The translations under genes and the position numbers were made by a program. This document shows positions 9,488 to 19,688 of a stretch of 64,000 nucleotides of DNA, one piece after another. The stretch covers positions 1 through 64,000 of the forward strand of contig CAYOYV010000001.1 in the NCBI GenBank assembly GCA_964408285.1. Reading direction: 5' to 3'. A model generated the notes under the pieces. The model saw only the letters and a program-made list of their open reading frames with translations, had not been told where the DNA came from and did not search any database. This DNA comes from an uncultured Nitrososphaerota archaeon (GTDB lineage: Archaea; Thermoproteota; EX4484-205; JAAOZO01). Within the stretch, counting starts at the first letter, position 1, and every line of letters starts with the position of its first letter.

Positions 9488-10984
9488 ATGAAAGAATATG
9501 TACTTGTCATTGAACTCACTACGGTCGCGATTCACTCTCGTCTTGTCTCTACTTCGGGGACAATAGTGCATTCGTCGACCCGTCCGCTGGAGACCCTCCT
9601 GCCCTCGCCCGAAAGACCCTACATTGTGGAACTTGATCCGGCTAGACTTTGGTCGTCGATACGCAGCACAGTGACTGATTGCGTGAAACGGGCAAAAGGA
9701 GGGAAAATCCTTGCGATCACGACTGCAGGACAGAGATTCACCACCGCCATGATAGATGATGAAGGAGGCACCTCTGTTCTTTGTCCGAACATGGATGCAA
9801 GGGGGGCGGAGGTTGAAGATCTAGCGATCGGCACATTGGGAGAAAAAGCATATCAAATCACTGGGCTCCACCCGTCATTCCTGTTTTCCTTTGACAGGCT
9901 TAGGTGGTTTGTGTCGAATTATCCGAAAGTGATTGAGGGAATGAAGTATCTGGCTACGATCGATGGTTGGATCTACTTCAAGCTCACTGGAGCACCGGCA
10001 GAGGAACCGTCGCAGGCAGCCGGAACTTTCTTGTTCGACATACGCTCAAGGCACTGGAGCGAGGAAATGTGCAGCGTTGCGCACATCGATCCTAGCAAGT
10101 TGCCCAATGTGTCCGCCTTCGGTGAGCTCGTGGGCTATCCAACCGAAAAGCTTCAAGCTTCGACTGGCATATCACCCAGGACGCAAGTGATCATGGGCGC
10201 TGGCGACACCCATTGTTCGGGCATAGGATCCTCAGCACTATCGCCTGGACAAGCCTATGTCTCGCTGGGTTCTACCGCTCCCCTGCACGTGGTGATGTCA
10301 GACCCCCGGATCGATCAAGAGAAGCGCATGTGGACAGGCTGCTTCCCACTCGAAGGCCAGTGGGTGCTCGAGAGCAACTCTGGCGTGTGCGGCACCGTCT
10401 TCGATTGGCTAGCTACTTCTGTCCTGCAGATCATGAGGCGAGGGCGCTCGGACTACAGGCGCTTTGACAGGCTTGCTAAGTCGGCCTCAAGGGGCTCCGG
10501 AGATGTCGCTGCGTTCTTGGGCCCCTCGATAATGGATGCTCGAGCTTTCACGCAAGTGTCGCCAGCTGCAATAGTGATGCCGTCGCTGGTTGCAGGAAGA
10601 AGACCTGCTGCCCCCGAGATAGCAAGGGCCTGCTACGAGGACATCGCTTTTGCCTGCAAGGGCAATCTCGAACAGATGAATGAAGTCTGGCATGAGATTG
10701 AACCCAACTTCAGGGCTGCGGGAGGCCTGTCCAATAGTGAAGTCTTGATTCAGATATTGGCTGATGTGCTTTCGAGGCCAATAGTTATCCCGGTTGAGCG
10801 GCGAGCCAGCGCGATCGGGGCTTCTGTTGCGTGCTGGAGCTTCCTCAGATCAGAAAAGCCCGTCGATGTGGTCAAGGACATAGTCAAGGAGAAGGTCGTT
10901 ACGCCATCCCAAGAATCTGATGCGTATCAGGCTGACTACAGAAGATGGAGGCTTATATATAGCAGACTGGGAAGCCTAGTCTAA
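9488..10984 (+). CDS. FGGY-family carbohydrate kinase (xylulokinase/LsrK-like)
   Basis: N-terminal YVLVIELTT, GQRFT, DARG, GAGDTHCSGIG, SLGST and AGGLSNS motifs. Confidence 0.88.
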   Translation: MKEYVLVIELTTVAIHSRLVSTSGTIVHSSTRPLETLLPSPERPYIVELDPARLWSSIRSTVTDCVKRAKGGKILAITTAGQRFTTAMIDDEGGTSVLCPNMDARGAEVEDLAIGTLGEKAYQITGLHPSFLFSFDRLRWFVSNYPKVIEGMKYLATIDGWIYFKLTGAPAEEPSQAAGTFLFDIRSRHWSEEMCSVAHIDPSKLPNVSAFGELVGYPTEKLQASTGISPRTQVIMGAGDTHCSGIGSSALSPGQAYVSLGSTAPLHVVMSDPRIDQEKRMWTGCFPLEGQWVLESNSGVCGTVFDWLATSVLQIMRRGRSDYRRFDRLAKSASRGSGDVAAFLGPSIMDARAFTQVSPAAIVMPSLVAGRRPAAPEIARACYEDIAFACKGNLEQMNEVWHEIEPNFRAAGGLSNSEVLIQILADVLSRPIVIPVERRASAIGASVACWSFLRSEKPVDVVKDIVKEKVVTPSQESDAYQADYRRWRLIYSRLGSLV

Positions 10985-10986
10985 CG

Positions 10987-11631
10987 ATGACCTCCTTGAA
11001 ATCAATGAGAGAGAAAGTCGCCGCCACGATGAGGAGGCTCTATGGCATTGCATACGTGCTGCAGAACGAGGGAAATGTCAGCTCTAGGACTTCAATCTTG
11101 GATAGGTACGTCATAACCCCAAGTCAGGTCCCTCGATATATGATCAAATCAAGTGATATCCTAGTGATCAATGGGAAGGGCGACGTAATCGAAGGTAAGA
11201 GGAATCCTTCAGTCGAGACCGGAATGCACCTCCAGATTTATTCCAAAAGGTCTGATGTCAGTGCCGTGATACACTTTCACTCGCTTTATGCAACCGCATT
11301 GGCATCGCTTCATGAGACAATACCCCCCTTTCTAGAGGAAACGATCCCGTTCTTGGGAGAGAACGTTCCGACGGTCGAATATGCCATGGCTGGGACTGAG
11401 GAGCTGGCCTCAAACGTTGCCACTGGGCTTTCCAATAGGAATGCAGTGTTGCTTGCCAATCATGGCGCAGTCGTATGTGGCAAGGACCTTCGGGACTCAT
11501 TTCACAAGGCATTGCTTCTTGAGAAGGCCGCAAGGGTGTATTTGCTTGCGAAAAGCATCGGAACTCCAAAAACACTCCCCGAATCCTCAGTTGAGATGGG
11601 TAAGGAGCTTTTCAGAACCATGTCGCTCTAG
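10987..11631 (+). CDS. Class II aldolase/adducin family protein (L-fuculose-phosphate aldolase-like)
   Basis: EGNVSSR, ITPS, PSVETGMH, AVIHFHS and LLANHG Zn-binding motifs. Confidence 0.9.
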   Translation: MTSLKSMREKVAATMRRLYGIAYVLQNEGNVSSRTSILDRYVITPSQVPRYMIKSSDILVINGKGDVIEGKRNPSVETGMHLQIYSKRSDVSAVIHFHSLYATALASLHETIPPFLEETIPFLGENVPTVEYAMAGTEELASNVATGLSNRNAVLLANHGAVVCGKDLRDSFHKALLLEKAARVYLLAKSIGTPKTLPESSVEMGKELFRTMSL

Positions 11632-11633
11632 GG

Positions 11634-11969
11634 TCACATCAATCTCTGAAGCTTCAGGAGGTCCGACATCACTCCTTTGACCTTCAGCTTGCCGGACATG
11701 TAGGCCTGTGTGCCGCTAATTGTCTTGTTTCTTACCCCTAGGAATGTTGTGCTGTCTGTGTCGATCGTTATGTTAGGCGTATCCACAGTTCCTTCCTTCA
11801 GGGTTGCGCTGGGGTCCTCAGTGATGCTCAAGACATAGTTAGCACCAATGTCTGTGAATCTGAATTGCATTTCCCTTTTGAAGCCCTTGAACTTCTCCTT
11901 GATACTTGGATCGTCGAACTTCTTTCTAATGCCATCCAACGATTCGTACACCTGCTCCTTCGTGGGCAT
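11634..11969 (-). CDS. SCP2 sterol/lipid-binding domain protein
   Basis: Typical SCP2 ending TQAYMSGKLKVKG...LLKL; start refined to ATG 11969, about 25 nt after TATA-like GTTAAATA. Confidence 0.85.
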   Translation of the reverse strand: MPTKEQVYESLDGIRKKFDDPSIKEKFKGFKREMQFRFTDIGANYVLSITEDPSATLKEGTVDTPNITIDTDSTTFLGVRNKTISGTQAYMSGKLKVKGVMSDLLKLQRLM

Positions 11970-11991
11970 GGGTCTGACTCGAAGAGCATGA

Positions 11992-12049
11992 TATTTAACT
12001 GTAGTGGGGATTCGCCTTCCTTTGGGCAGCGACAATTCAAGCTTAAATC
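11992..12049. promoter_or_regulatory. Divergent archaeal promoters for the SCP2 and aldehyde dehydrogenase genes
   Basis: GTTAAATA on the minus strand and AAGCTTAAAT on the plus strand, each about 23-28 nt from its ATG, consistent with leaderless transcripts. Confidence 0.55.
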
Positions 12050-12070
12050 AGCAAGACGAACGAGCTCGTC

Positions 12071-13558
12071 ATGACGTTGGACGCGGTGCAATCCTACATC
12101 AATGGTGAGTGGAGGACACTAAGCGGTAGGAAGATATCAAAGGTAAATCCCGCAACTGAAGAGGTCGTTCACAAGGTTGCGATCGCGACTGCATCCGAGC
12201 TGAAGATGGCCATTGACTCATCCAGAAAGGCCTTCAATCAGTGGAGAAGAACTTCAATCGAAGAAAGGTCTGAGATACTGAAGAAGGTAAGTCAACTAGT
12301 CATGGAAAGGATGGATGACATCTCCAGGGTGATCACGATTGAGAACGGCAAGCCGATCATGGAATCCAACATGGAGGCAATGGGCGCCCAGATGTATGCT
12401 GACTACTATTCCGCTGAATCCAGTCAACTGCTCAAGGAGGAGTCCAAGATCGTCGACTTCCCGCAACCTGGCAACTACGAGTTCAGGACAACGTTTGAAC
12501 CCCTGGGCACCGTGGCCGTCATAAGTCCTTGGAACTGGCCCCTCATAATCTCGTTCCAGACTTTACTACCTGCTCTCGCTGCAGGGAACTCTGTGATATT
12601 CAAGCCCTCCTCGCTTACGGCAATGGTTGGACAGAAGATAGCTGAGGTCTTCGCTGATGCAGGGCTGCCGAAGGGCGTCCTGAACTTAGTGCAAGGTGAT
12701 GGGAGGATAGGTGACCTGATTGTGCGATCGAATGTCGAGGCCGTGGTCTTCACAGGAGGAAACAGGGCCGGATCCAAAGTCGCGATCAATTGTGCGAAGG
12801 GATTGAAGAGAACGATATTGGAATTGGGTGGAAGCGATCCGTTCATAGTCTTTGACGATGCCAATGTTGAAGAGGCAATCAATGGCGCAATATACGGAAG
12901 GTTCTTCGGCGCTGGGCAGATATGCGTATCCGCCAAAAGGATATTGGTTCAGGAGAGCATATTCGATGGGTTTGTCAATTCCTTCGCGATGAAGGCGTCT
13001 GCCCTGAAAGTTGGCAATGGACTTGAACCTTCGACAGACATAGGTCCCTTGATCAGCGAGGATCAACGCTCTTACGTATCCAAGGCCGTGAGGCAGGCAG
13101 TGCAAAGCGGCGCGAGAGCAAGGTGTGGAGGTTCAGTACCTCCCAGCCTCAAGAAGGGCTTCTTCTATAGCCCGACTGTGCTGACAGATGTGAAATCGTC
13201 GATGAAGGTCGTCTCAGAGGAGATGTTCGGGCCAGTGGCACCTGTGATTCCCTTTGAAGGAGAAGCCCAAGCGGCTGAGATTGCCAACTCGACTCGATAT
13301 GGTCTTGGCGCTTCGATCTGGACCCTAGATGAAGGAAAGGCCCTGCGACTATCGCACGACATCAAGTCAGGGATGGTGTGGATAAATGACGTCGCAATCA
13401 CCTTCCCGCATGCACCCTGGGGCGGGGTCAAGGAGAGTGGATTGGGGCGTCATTCATCAAGATATGGTCTATTGGAATTGGTCAACATCAGACAGATCTG
13501 CTTGAACAAGATAAGGGAGCCTACCAGAATGTGGTGGTTGCCATACGCAAAGGATTGA
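12071..13558 (+). CDS. NAD(P)-dependent aldehyde dehydrogenase
   Basis: ISPWNWP, KPSS, FTGG, LELGG, GQICVS (catalytic Cys), EEMFGPV and PWGGVKESGLGR motifs. Confidence 0.95.
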   Translation: MTLDAVQSYINGEWRTLSGRKISKVNPATEEVVHKVAIATASELKMAIDSSRKAFNQWRRTSIEERSEILKKVSQLVMERMDDISRVITIENGKPIMESNMEAMGAQMYADYYSAESSQLLKEESKIVDFPQPGNYEFRTTFEPLGTVAVISPWNWPLIISFQTLLPALAAGNSVIFKPSSLTAMVGQKIAEVFADAGLPKGVLNLVQGDGRIGDLIVRSNVEAVVFTGGNRAGSKVAINCAKGLKRTILELGGSDPFIVFDDANVEEAINGAIYGRFFGAGQICVSAKRILVQESIFDGFVNSFAMKASALKVGNGLEPSTDIGPLISEDQRSYVSKAVRQAVQSGARARCGGSVPPSLKKGFFYSPTVLTDVKSSMKVVSEEMFGPVAPVIPFEGEAQAAEIANSTRYGLGASIWTLDEGKALRLSHDIKSGMVWINDVAITFPHAPWGGVKESGLGRHSSRYGLLELVNIRQICLNKIREPTRMWWLPYAKD

Positions 13559-13564
13559 GCCATC

Positions 13565-14602
13565 ATGCCTCAGAAAATCCAGACTTCGGGCAGACCGAAG
13601 TGCTTGATCACGGCCTCACTGACTGGAGAAGCGCTGAACAGGCTGTCCCAACGAGTCGATGTGATCTACGAGGACTGGAAGGCAACTGGCCAAATATACT
13701 TCGGGGAAGAGCTGGCTGACAAGATCAATAAGAACAATGTGGAGATTTTGATAGTCGAGGCCGATCAGGTAACAGAGGAGACCATAAGGCAAACGAATCT
13801 CAAGTTCATCGGAGCTTGCAGGGGGAATCCTTACGCGGTTGATGTGCCCACCGCTACAGAGAAGGGCATACCTGTTGTACATGCCCCTGGAAGAAACGCA
13901 CAAGCAGTCGTTGAGTTGACGATTTGTCTCATGATAGCCTTGCTCCGGAAGGTCATCTACGCTCAGAGGAGGCTCACCCAAGGAGTGAGTTATGAGTCGT
14001 CGAGCGATTTCCAGAGAATGTACACATCACTTGAAGGCATGGAGATTTCCGGACGGAAGGTCGGTATAATAGGGCTCGGACAGATAGGGACCAGGGTCGC
14101 CAAGATCCTTTCTTCTTTCGGCGCCTCGCTTTTGATCTATGATCCGTATGTGCCTGATGAGAAGGTCAAATCAGTTGGCGGTGAGAGAGTCGCCCTTGAA
14201 ACATTGGTCAGTCAATCAGATATCGTTGCTATCCATGCGAAGTTGACAGACGAGACGTATCACATCATGGGGGAGAAGGAGATTGCGGCCATGAAGCCCT
14301 CAGCTGTACTGATCAACACCTCATCTCCGGGAACTCTGGATGACGCAGCTCTTCTGAAAGCCCTCAAGGAGAGAAGGATAGCGGGGGCAGCACTGGATGT
14401 TCAGGAGAATGAACCCGTAGATTCCTCAAATCCTTTCCTTCAGCTAGATAATGTCGTGGTCACGCCGCACATAGGAGGAAACACCCGAGAAACGACGGAG
14501 CGACAGTCGACGATGATCGTGGAGGACTTGTTCAGGTTCCTTGATGGGAAGAGACCACTATACCTAATGAATCCGGAACTCTACCTAGGAGATAAGGATT
14601 AG
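13565..14602 (+). CDS. D-isomer-specific 2-hydroxyacid dehydrogenase (SerA-like)
   Basis: APGRNAQAV, GIIGLGQIG, AALDVQENEP and TPHIGG motifs. Confidence 0.9.
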   Translation: MPQKIQTSGRPKCLITASLTGEALNRLSQRVDVIYEDWKATGQIYFGEELADKINKNNVEILIVEADQVTEETIRQTNLKFIGACRGNPYAVDVPTATEKGIPVVHAPGRNAQAVVELTICLMIALLRKVIYAQRRLTQGVSYESSSDFQRMYTSLEGMEISGRKVGIIGLGQIGTRVAKILSSFGASLLIYDPYVPDEKVKSVGGERVALETLVSQSDIVAIHAKLTDETYHIMGEKEIAAMKPSAVLINTSSPGTLDDAALLKALKERRIAGAALDVQENEPVDSSNPFLQLDNVVVTPHIGGNTRETTERQSTMIVEDLFRFLDGKRPLYLMNPELYLGDKD

Positions 14603-14645
14603 GCATATTGCTTCACACAAGAATGCAGTTGGTGGGTGCCCCCGA

Positions 14646-15995
14646 TTACTTGTAGTGGTCGGCCATTGGCTTGTTAAAAGGCAGACCCAAAATGTCATCG
14701 AGTAAAGCCTTGGCTTGATCAGGAGACTCAGTCCTGCGGTCGTTCAGGATCAGGTCGAGCAAGAGCTGTCTGTCTCCTGTCAGGAAAGCCTCAATCACCA
14801 ATTCCATCCTCAATATCCTGGGGATTAGGGTCTGTATCACTATTCGCTTTGGTAGTTCCCCCCTGAATAGCGTCCTTGCCCCTCTCTTGCTCACCGAGGC
14901 TGGGATCTCCACTACCACATCACTGGCTATTCCAGAGATCGCGTCCACGTTAGGGACATTGAGCTGAAATCTGCCTTCATTGTCGTTGACAATTGCGTCG
15001 ATGACCTGGATGTGCTGTTGTATGCTTCTCATCAGAGGGAAGTTCTTCGTCACGGAGGCGGACTGATCCTTCGCCACTTCGAGCACCTCGTTCAATTTAT
15101 TCTCTATGAACTTCAGGTAGATCGCATCGCCAACTTCCGAGTCCATGCCCCCTGCGGGCCCGTACCATCTCTCCTTGCTCTCTGGGTCGATGTGGTACCA
15201 CCAGTTCCCCACCCTGGCCGTGTCGCCAATCGGAAAGAGTCCGAATGTCCTGTACATGTCGATGGCAGCTGGGGATAGAGCTTCAGGAATATACTCCAAA
15301 TCCCTGTAGTAAGCTTCCATTTTTTCCTCAAGCCATTCGTCCAAGATCGGATATGCGTGCATGCCCTTGTGAAGGAACTTCGTCATCCAGATTATGTGAT
15401 TGAGACCCGATGCCTCTATGAGGACATCTTTTCTATCGAGACCCAAGGCATCCGTCAGCACTTCGCACCCAACATCAAAGCCATCGCAGAGCCCCAAGGT
15501 CTTAATCCGAGTTTCCCTCGTCAACATTGTGCAGATCTCGAAGACTGGATTAGAAGTCTGCAAGAGCCAAGCGTCAGGGCACTTTCCCTCCATTTCTTCG
15601 GTCAGGTCCTTGGCGAACTTGAGCTGGTGGTAGGACCCGATGTCCGAATAGTAGTCGCTGATAATGTCCCCGACTCCCCTGTAGTAGCCATGCCTTTCGG
15701 CGACCTTGCGTTGCAGTTCCTGATTCTCATGGCCGCCGACCAAGGCAGTGTTTATCACGAAATCAGCATCCTCGAGGGCCTTGCCTCTCTCTCTGCTTTT
15801 CTCGAACGTGAAACTGGTATTCGTCTCGTTTGCATACCTTCTTGCTATGTCATGGATTGCATCGAGCCGCTGCTCGTTGATGTCAACAAGTGAAACGGTG
15901 CTGCCCTGTAGCGAATCCGTCAAGCAAAGGTCTCGAACCAGATCAAGGGAGAAGACTGCAGAGCCGGCGCCGATGATGCATATCTTCACATCCAT
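14646..15995 (-). CDS. Glycoside hydrolase family 4 (NAD+/Mn2+-dependent alpha-glucosidase/alpha-galactosidase/alpha-glucuronidase type)
   Basis: KICIIGAGSAVFS, ALEDADFVINT, SNPV, GLC, GLNHIIW and VVVEIPA motifs; true start taken as ATG 15995. Confidence 0.92.
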   Translation of the reverse strand: MDVKICIIGAGSAVFSLDLVRDLCLTDSLQGSTVSLVDINEQRLDAIHDIARRYANETNTSFTFEKSRERGKALEDADFVINTALVGGHENQELQRKVAERHGYYRGVGDIISDYYSDIGSYHQLKFAKDLTEEMEGKCPDAWLLQTSNPVFEICTMLTRETRIKTLGLCDGFDVGCEVLTDALGLDRKDVLIEASGLNHIIWMTKFLHKGMHAYPILDEWLEEKMEAYYRDLEYIPEALSPAAIDMYRTFGLFPIGDTARVGNWWYHIDPESKERWYGPAGGMDSEVGDAIYLKFIENKLNEVLEVAKDQSASVTKNFPLMRSIQQHIQVIDAIVNDNEGRFQLNVPNVDAISGIASDVVVEIPASVSKRGARTLFRGELPKRIVIQTLIPRILRMELVIEAFLTGDRQLLLDLILNDRRTESPDQAKALLDDILGLPFNKPMADHYK

Positions 15996-16154
15996 TGCTG
16001 TTCGAACCGCGTCGTAGAATGGGTCGGGGCAGAGGACAAAAAGCCTTTCGGAGCAGAGGAACCGACCCTCATGTCCGCTCAGAAAAATCCAACGATTGTC
16101 GGATCTGGCTCCGTGGCCTCGAAAGCTTAATAGAACTGAAGACCTAGGCAGCTC

Positions 16155-17396
16155 GTGACAGACCATCCAAACCGACACCCGATTCTCTTTCTCCTGGCCA
16201 TGAGCGTCTACTACCTCGGAACCAACTACCTCTGGATATCCTTCAATTCGTTCGTGTTGCCCATTCAAGTCGAGTCCTTCGCTTCGCCGGAAGCCAAGAG
16301 TTTGGTCCTCGGTTTGATAGCAGGCCCAACAATAGCTGCCTCACTGCTGATCAACATATTGTCGGGGATACTGAGCGACCATTCCACGAGTAGGTTCGGG
16401 AGGAGATCGCCCTACATCCTGATCGGGTCACTTCTCGCCGTGCCCGGTGTTATTCTGACTGTCATCTTTCCCGTTTCGATGCTCATCACGTCCCTCAGCT
16501 TCATTGCGGTTGAAGTCTTCACGAATCTCTCTTGTGGCTCCTATCAACCCCTTCTGGCAGACATTGTCCCGGAGGACCAAAGGGGAATAGCGGGTGGCCT
16601 GCAGGGCATGATGATCTTGTTCGGCAGCGCCCTTGGGTATGGCGTCACAGGTTTACTGGCGGGGCAAGGGAATCTGCAGTTGGCCCTTATCCTCATCGCA
16701 GCTGTACTCGTCGTCACGACCTCGGTTACTTTGTACGCCATAAAAATAGTCGACAGGAGAAGCTCTCGGGTCGAGCCGTTCAGAATCGGCACTGCGATAG
16801 GGGAAGTATTTCGCTTCAGGCCAAGAATCCCGGATTTCTCTTGGTTCATGTTGGGACATTTCCTGATAATGCTAGGTTCCACGAACCTGATGTTCTTCGG
16901 ATTGTACTACTTCGAGTCAGTCTTGAAGGTCGAGAATCCCTCGGAGGCAATGGCGATAACTGGGGTGACGATCTTGCTGATATCAGCTATCTCTGCAGTC
17001 GTTTTGGGCTCCCTGTCTGACAGAATAGGGCGTAGGAAAATGATAATTGCAGCAGCCGTCTTCGCAGCCGCTCTGAATGTGCTGTTTCCCTTCGTAACGA
17101 CTTTCGCAGTGCTTTTGGCAGTGGCCTCCGCCTACGCGATCACGATAGGCCTTTTCAACAGCGTGACCAACTCATTTGCGAGCGACTTGGTCCCGAAAGA
17201 GGAATCCGGCAAGTACATGGCCTATTTTAACCTGGCCATTGGTCTTGCGAACGCCTCTTCTCCTGTAGTTGCTGGAACAGTGTTGTTTCTTCTCGGAGGC
17301 GCTCAGAGCTGGGCTGGGTTTGCGGCCATCTTCGTGCTTTCATCCCTATTCTACTGTCTAGGAGCCGCACTCATATTCAAAGTGAGGAAACGCTAG
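16155..17396 (+). CDS. MFS transporter (probable sugar/glycoside permease)
   Basis: About 12 TM helices; GILSDHSTSRFGRRSPY and GSLSDRIGRR motif A; divergent from the GH4 gene. Confidence 0.9.
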   Translation: MTDHPNRHPILFLLAMSVYYLGTNYLWISFNSFVLPIQVESFASPEAKSLVLGLIAGPTIAASLLINILSGILSDHSTSRFGRRSPYILIGSLLAVPGVILTVIFPVSMLITSLSFIAVEVFTNLSCGSYQPLLADIVPEDQRGIAGGLQGMMILFGSALGYGVTGLLAGQGNLQLALILIAAVLVVTTSVTLYAIKIVDRRSSRVEPFRIGTAIGEVFRFRPRIPDFSWFMLGHFLIMLGSTNLMFFGLYYFESVLKVENPSEAMAITGVTILLISAISAVVLGSLSDRIGRRKMIIAAAVFAAALNVLFPFVTTFAVLLAVASAYAITIGLFNSVTNSFASDLVPKEESGKYMAYFNLAIGLANASSPVVAGTVLFLLGGAQSWAGFAAIFVLSSLFYCLGAALIFKVRKR

Positions 17397-17519
17397 CGAC
17401 GAATCCCCGAAGGAGCGTCAAATGCAATAACCTCGCGCTCGCGGCAGAGGCCTCAGCGGGCAAAGCACTTCGGGACCATGCGCGCATAGGCCTTTATTTC
17501 GGGTCAACTGCCATAGTCG

Positions 17520-18359
17520 ATGCTCGATTTCCACACACATACAGGGATCTTGAGGTCGCTTTCGAAATACCTGAAGGGAATGATCCATGCTTCCCTATCG
17601 GATCTCTTGGAGTACATGGATGCGTGCGGTGTCGAAAGAGCGGTTGTCCTTCCGGTCGCCAAGCAATATCCCGACATAGGAGAATTCGTAAGCGGGACAA
17701 AGGAGGTCCTCGAGGCTGTCTCCAAGCATCAGGACAGACTGATACCTTTTTGCGCAGTTGATCCTTTCGAGATAGAGTTGGAGAGTGAAATCAGACACTA
17801 TGTGTCCCTGGGATGCAAGGGATTTGGCGAACACAAGGTCGAGCTGCCCATAAATCATGAACGATCGAAGAGAATCTATGGCATCTGCGCGGAATTGGGA
17901 ATTCCCGTTCTCATCCACATCGATGCACGGTTCAATCCTGACATCGATGGATTCGAGAAGGTACTGGCCGAATATCCGAACACCAATTTCATCGCTCACG
18001 GTCCTGGATGGTGGAAAGAGATCTCTGCAGAGCCAGGGGATGAAGTGTACCCGACCGGCAAAATCAAACGAGTTGGCAACGCAGAATCCATATTGACGAA
18101 CTACGCGAATGCATATGCCGACATCTCCGCCACCTCAGGTTTCAACGCTCTGGCTCGAGATCCGGAGTTTTCGAGGCCTTTCATTACCAGGAATTGGAGA
18201 AAGCTTCTGTTCGCCACTGACTTCCCTGCCATCTCAACTGATGCAACCCAATTCGGTCCTGGCAGACATCACATTCGCCTCTTGAATCGCTTGATTTCTG
18301 ACAAGGAAGTGATGAACGGCATAACCGAGAATAACGCAGAGAAATTGCTGAGCCTCTAA
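17520..18359 (+). CDS. Amidohydrolase 2 family metal-dependent hydrolase
   Basis: DFHTH, GFGEHK, PVLIH, FIAHG and LLFATDFP motifs. Confidence 0.88.
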   Translation: MLDFHTHTGILRSLSKYLKGMIHASLSDLLEYMDACGVERAVVLPVAKQYPDIGEFVSGTKEVLEAVSKHQDRLIPFCAVDPFEIELESEIRHYVSLGCKGFGEHKVELPINHERSKRIYGICAELGIPVLIHIDARFNPDIDGFEKVLAEYPNTNFIAHGPGWWKEISAEPGDEVYPTGKIKRVGNAESILTNYANAYADISATSGFNALARDPEFSRPFITRNWRKLLFATDFPAISTDATQFGPGRHHIRLLNRLISDKEVMNGITENNAEKLLSL

Positions 18360-18639
18360 GATTTCCTAAACGCGCTCACTCGCGGACCGTTACCCCGTTC
18401 ACCATTGGCTGATGCGGAAAGCTCAAAAAGCTAATACGATATCGTTATCCAAAGTATTAGTCAGCGAATGCTGATTTGCGCATGTCTGCCGGAGATCTGA
18501 TCCGCCCGCGCTGCCCAGAAGCTCGGACCCAATCCATAATGAAGATCAAAGGCACGGGTGCACCTAGTTGGCAGAGAGGACAATTCTTTAATCGAAGCAA
18601 GTATCAAACCGTGACTCTGATTATGGCCGGTGAACCAAG

Positions 18640-19338
18640 ATGAAGAGCGCCACTCGATTTACACTGGAATTTCTTCTCCTAGGTTTCTTGGCAAAGATCG
18701 CGGGAGAGGCCATTCACGAGATCATCGGGCATGGTCTGCCGGTTGTGTTCTTCGGGGGAACGATCACGAGAATTCACATAGCCATCATGTGGCCATACGA
18801 ACTCTCTTCTATATCGTTCACTCCTCCACCCGGTGGCTTCGCGCACTGGGAGGCTATCTTGGTAGACGGAGGCGGCATCCTTGTCTCCGTCATAGTCACG
18901 TCTGTCATTCAGGCCTTTCTCCTGACCCGCAAATTGTCTTGGCCCGTCTCGACCTCACTTTTCTGGCTTGCTTTCTGGACATTCATCAATCCCACAGGAT
19001 ACTTGATCATAGGAGGGATGAGTCCATTTGGAGATGTCTGGAATCTCATAAATGAGGGCGTAATCGGTAAGGAAGGTGCGCTGATTTCTGGTCTCTTTCT
19101 TTTCTTGGTTGATCTTTTCTCCCTCTCAGCAATATTGGAAAGCGATCTCGCTGCATCGCGAATCATACGAACAACAGACAAAGCCTTGGTCATATTCTGG
19201 CTTATCATTCCTTTGATAACTACAGCAATGCTAATCGGGTCTGGCCAACCATTGACCTACCTGCTGTTGAGCTTCTTGCCAGTTCTTCTCATATGGGCTT
19301 ATCTCGCCTTGAGAAAGAGGAAATCGGACTCAAAGTAG
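18640..19338 (+). CDS. Membrane protein, M50-like intramembrane zinc metallopeptidase
   Basis: IHEIIGH within a TM segment, GG motif, SPFGD distal aspartate motif; multiple TM helices. Confidence 0.6.
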   Translation: MKSATRFTLEFLLLGFLAKIAGEAIHEIIGHGLPVVFFGGTITRIHIAIMWPYELSSISFTPPPGGFAHWEAILVDGGGILVSVIVTSVIQAFLLTRKLSWPVSTSLFWLAFWTFINPTGYLIIGGMSPFGDVWNLINEGVIGKEGALISGLFLFLVDLFSLSAILESDLAASRIIRTTDKALVIFWLIIPLITTAMLIGSGQPLTYLLLSFLPVLLIWAYLALRKRKSDSK

Positions 19339-19688
19339 ACGATTACGCCATCGCCCAATGCCTGATAGTGGGGCAAGTTCTAGAAGATACATCAGCTCTC
19401 CATTTGACACCTCATGCCGAGTCACATGAATAGTGAATCACAAAAAGTCATGGTAATGTGAACACAACGCGCGCGCGTTCTTGTCCCCCCGGTACCATTC
19501 ATTCAACTGCTCTCATTGCCCGGCAGAACCTAGCGACGATTCCGCGAAGAACAAATACGCATCAATTACTGTCAGAGTCGTTCGTGGCGAGAGTGACCGA
19601 TCCCTGCCGGGAGACTGATCCCGTGCAACTCGCGCCGCATATCGAGCCCATTGAACAATGACGCATGATGTTCCCGAGGCCCAGTGAT

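Noticed and set aside
15996-16268. N-terminal extension of the GH4 ORF
   Set aside because: It overlaps the MFS gene on the opposite strand, and GH4 proteins begin at the KIxIIGAGS motif.
18431-18460. Inverted repeat CTAATAC/GTATTAG
   Set aside because: Only 7 bp, single occurrence, and no associated regulator or terminator features.
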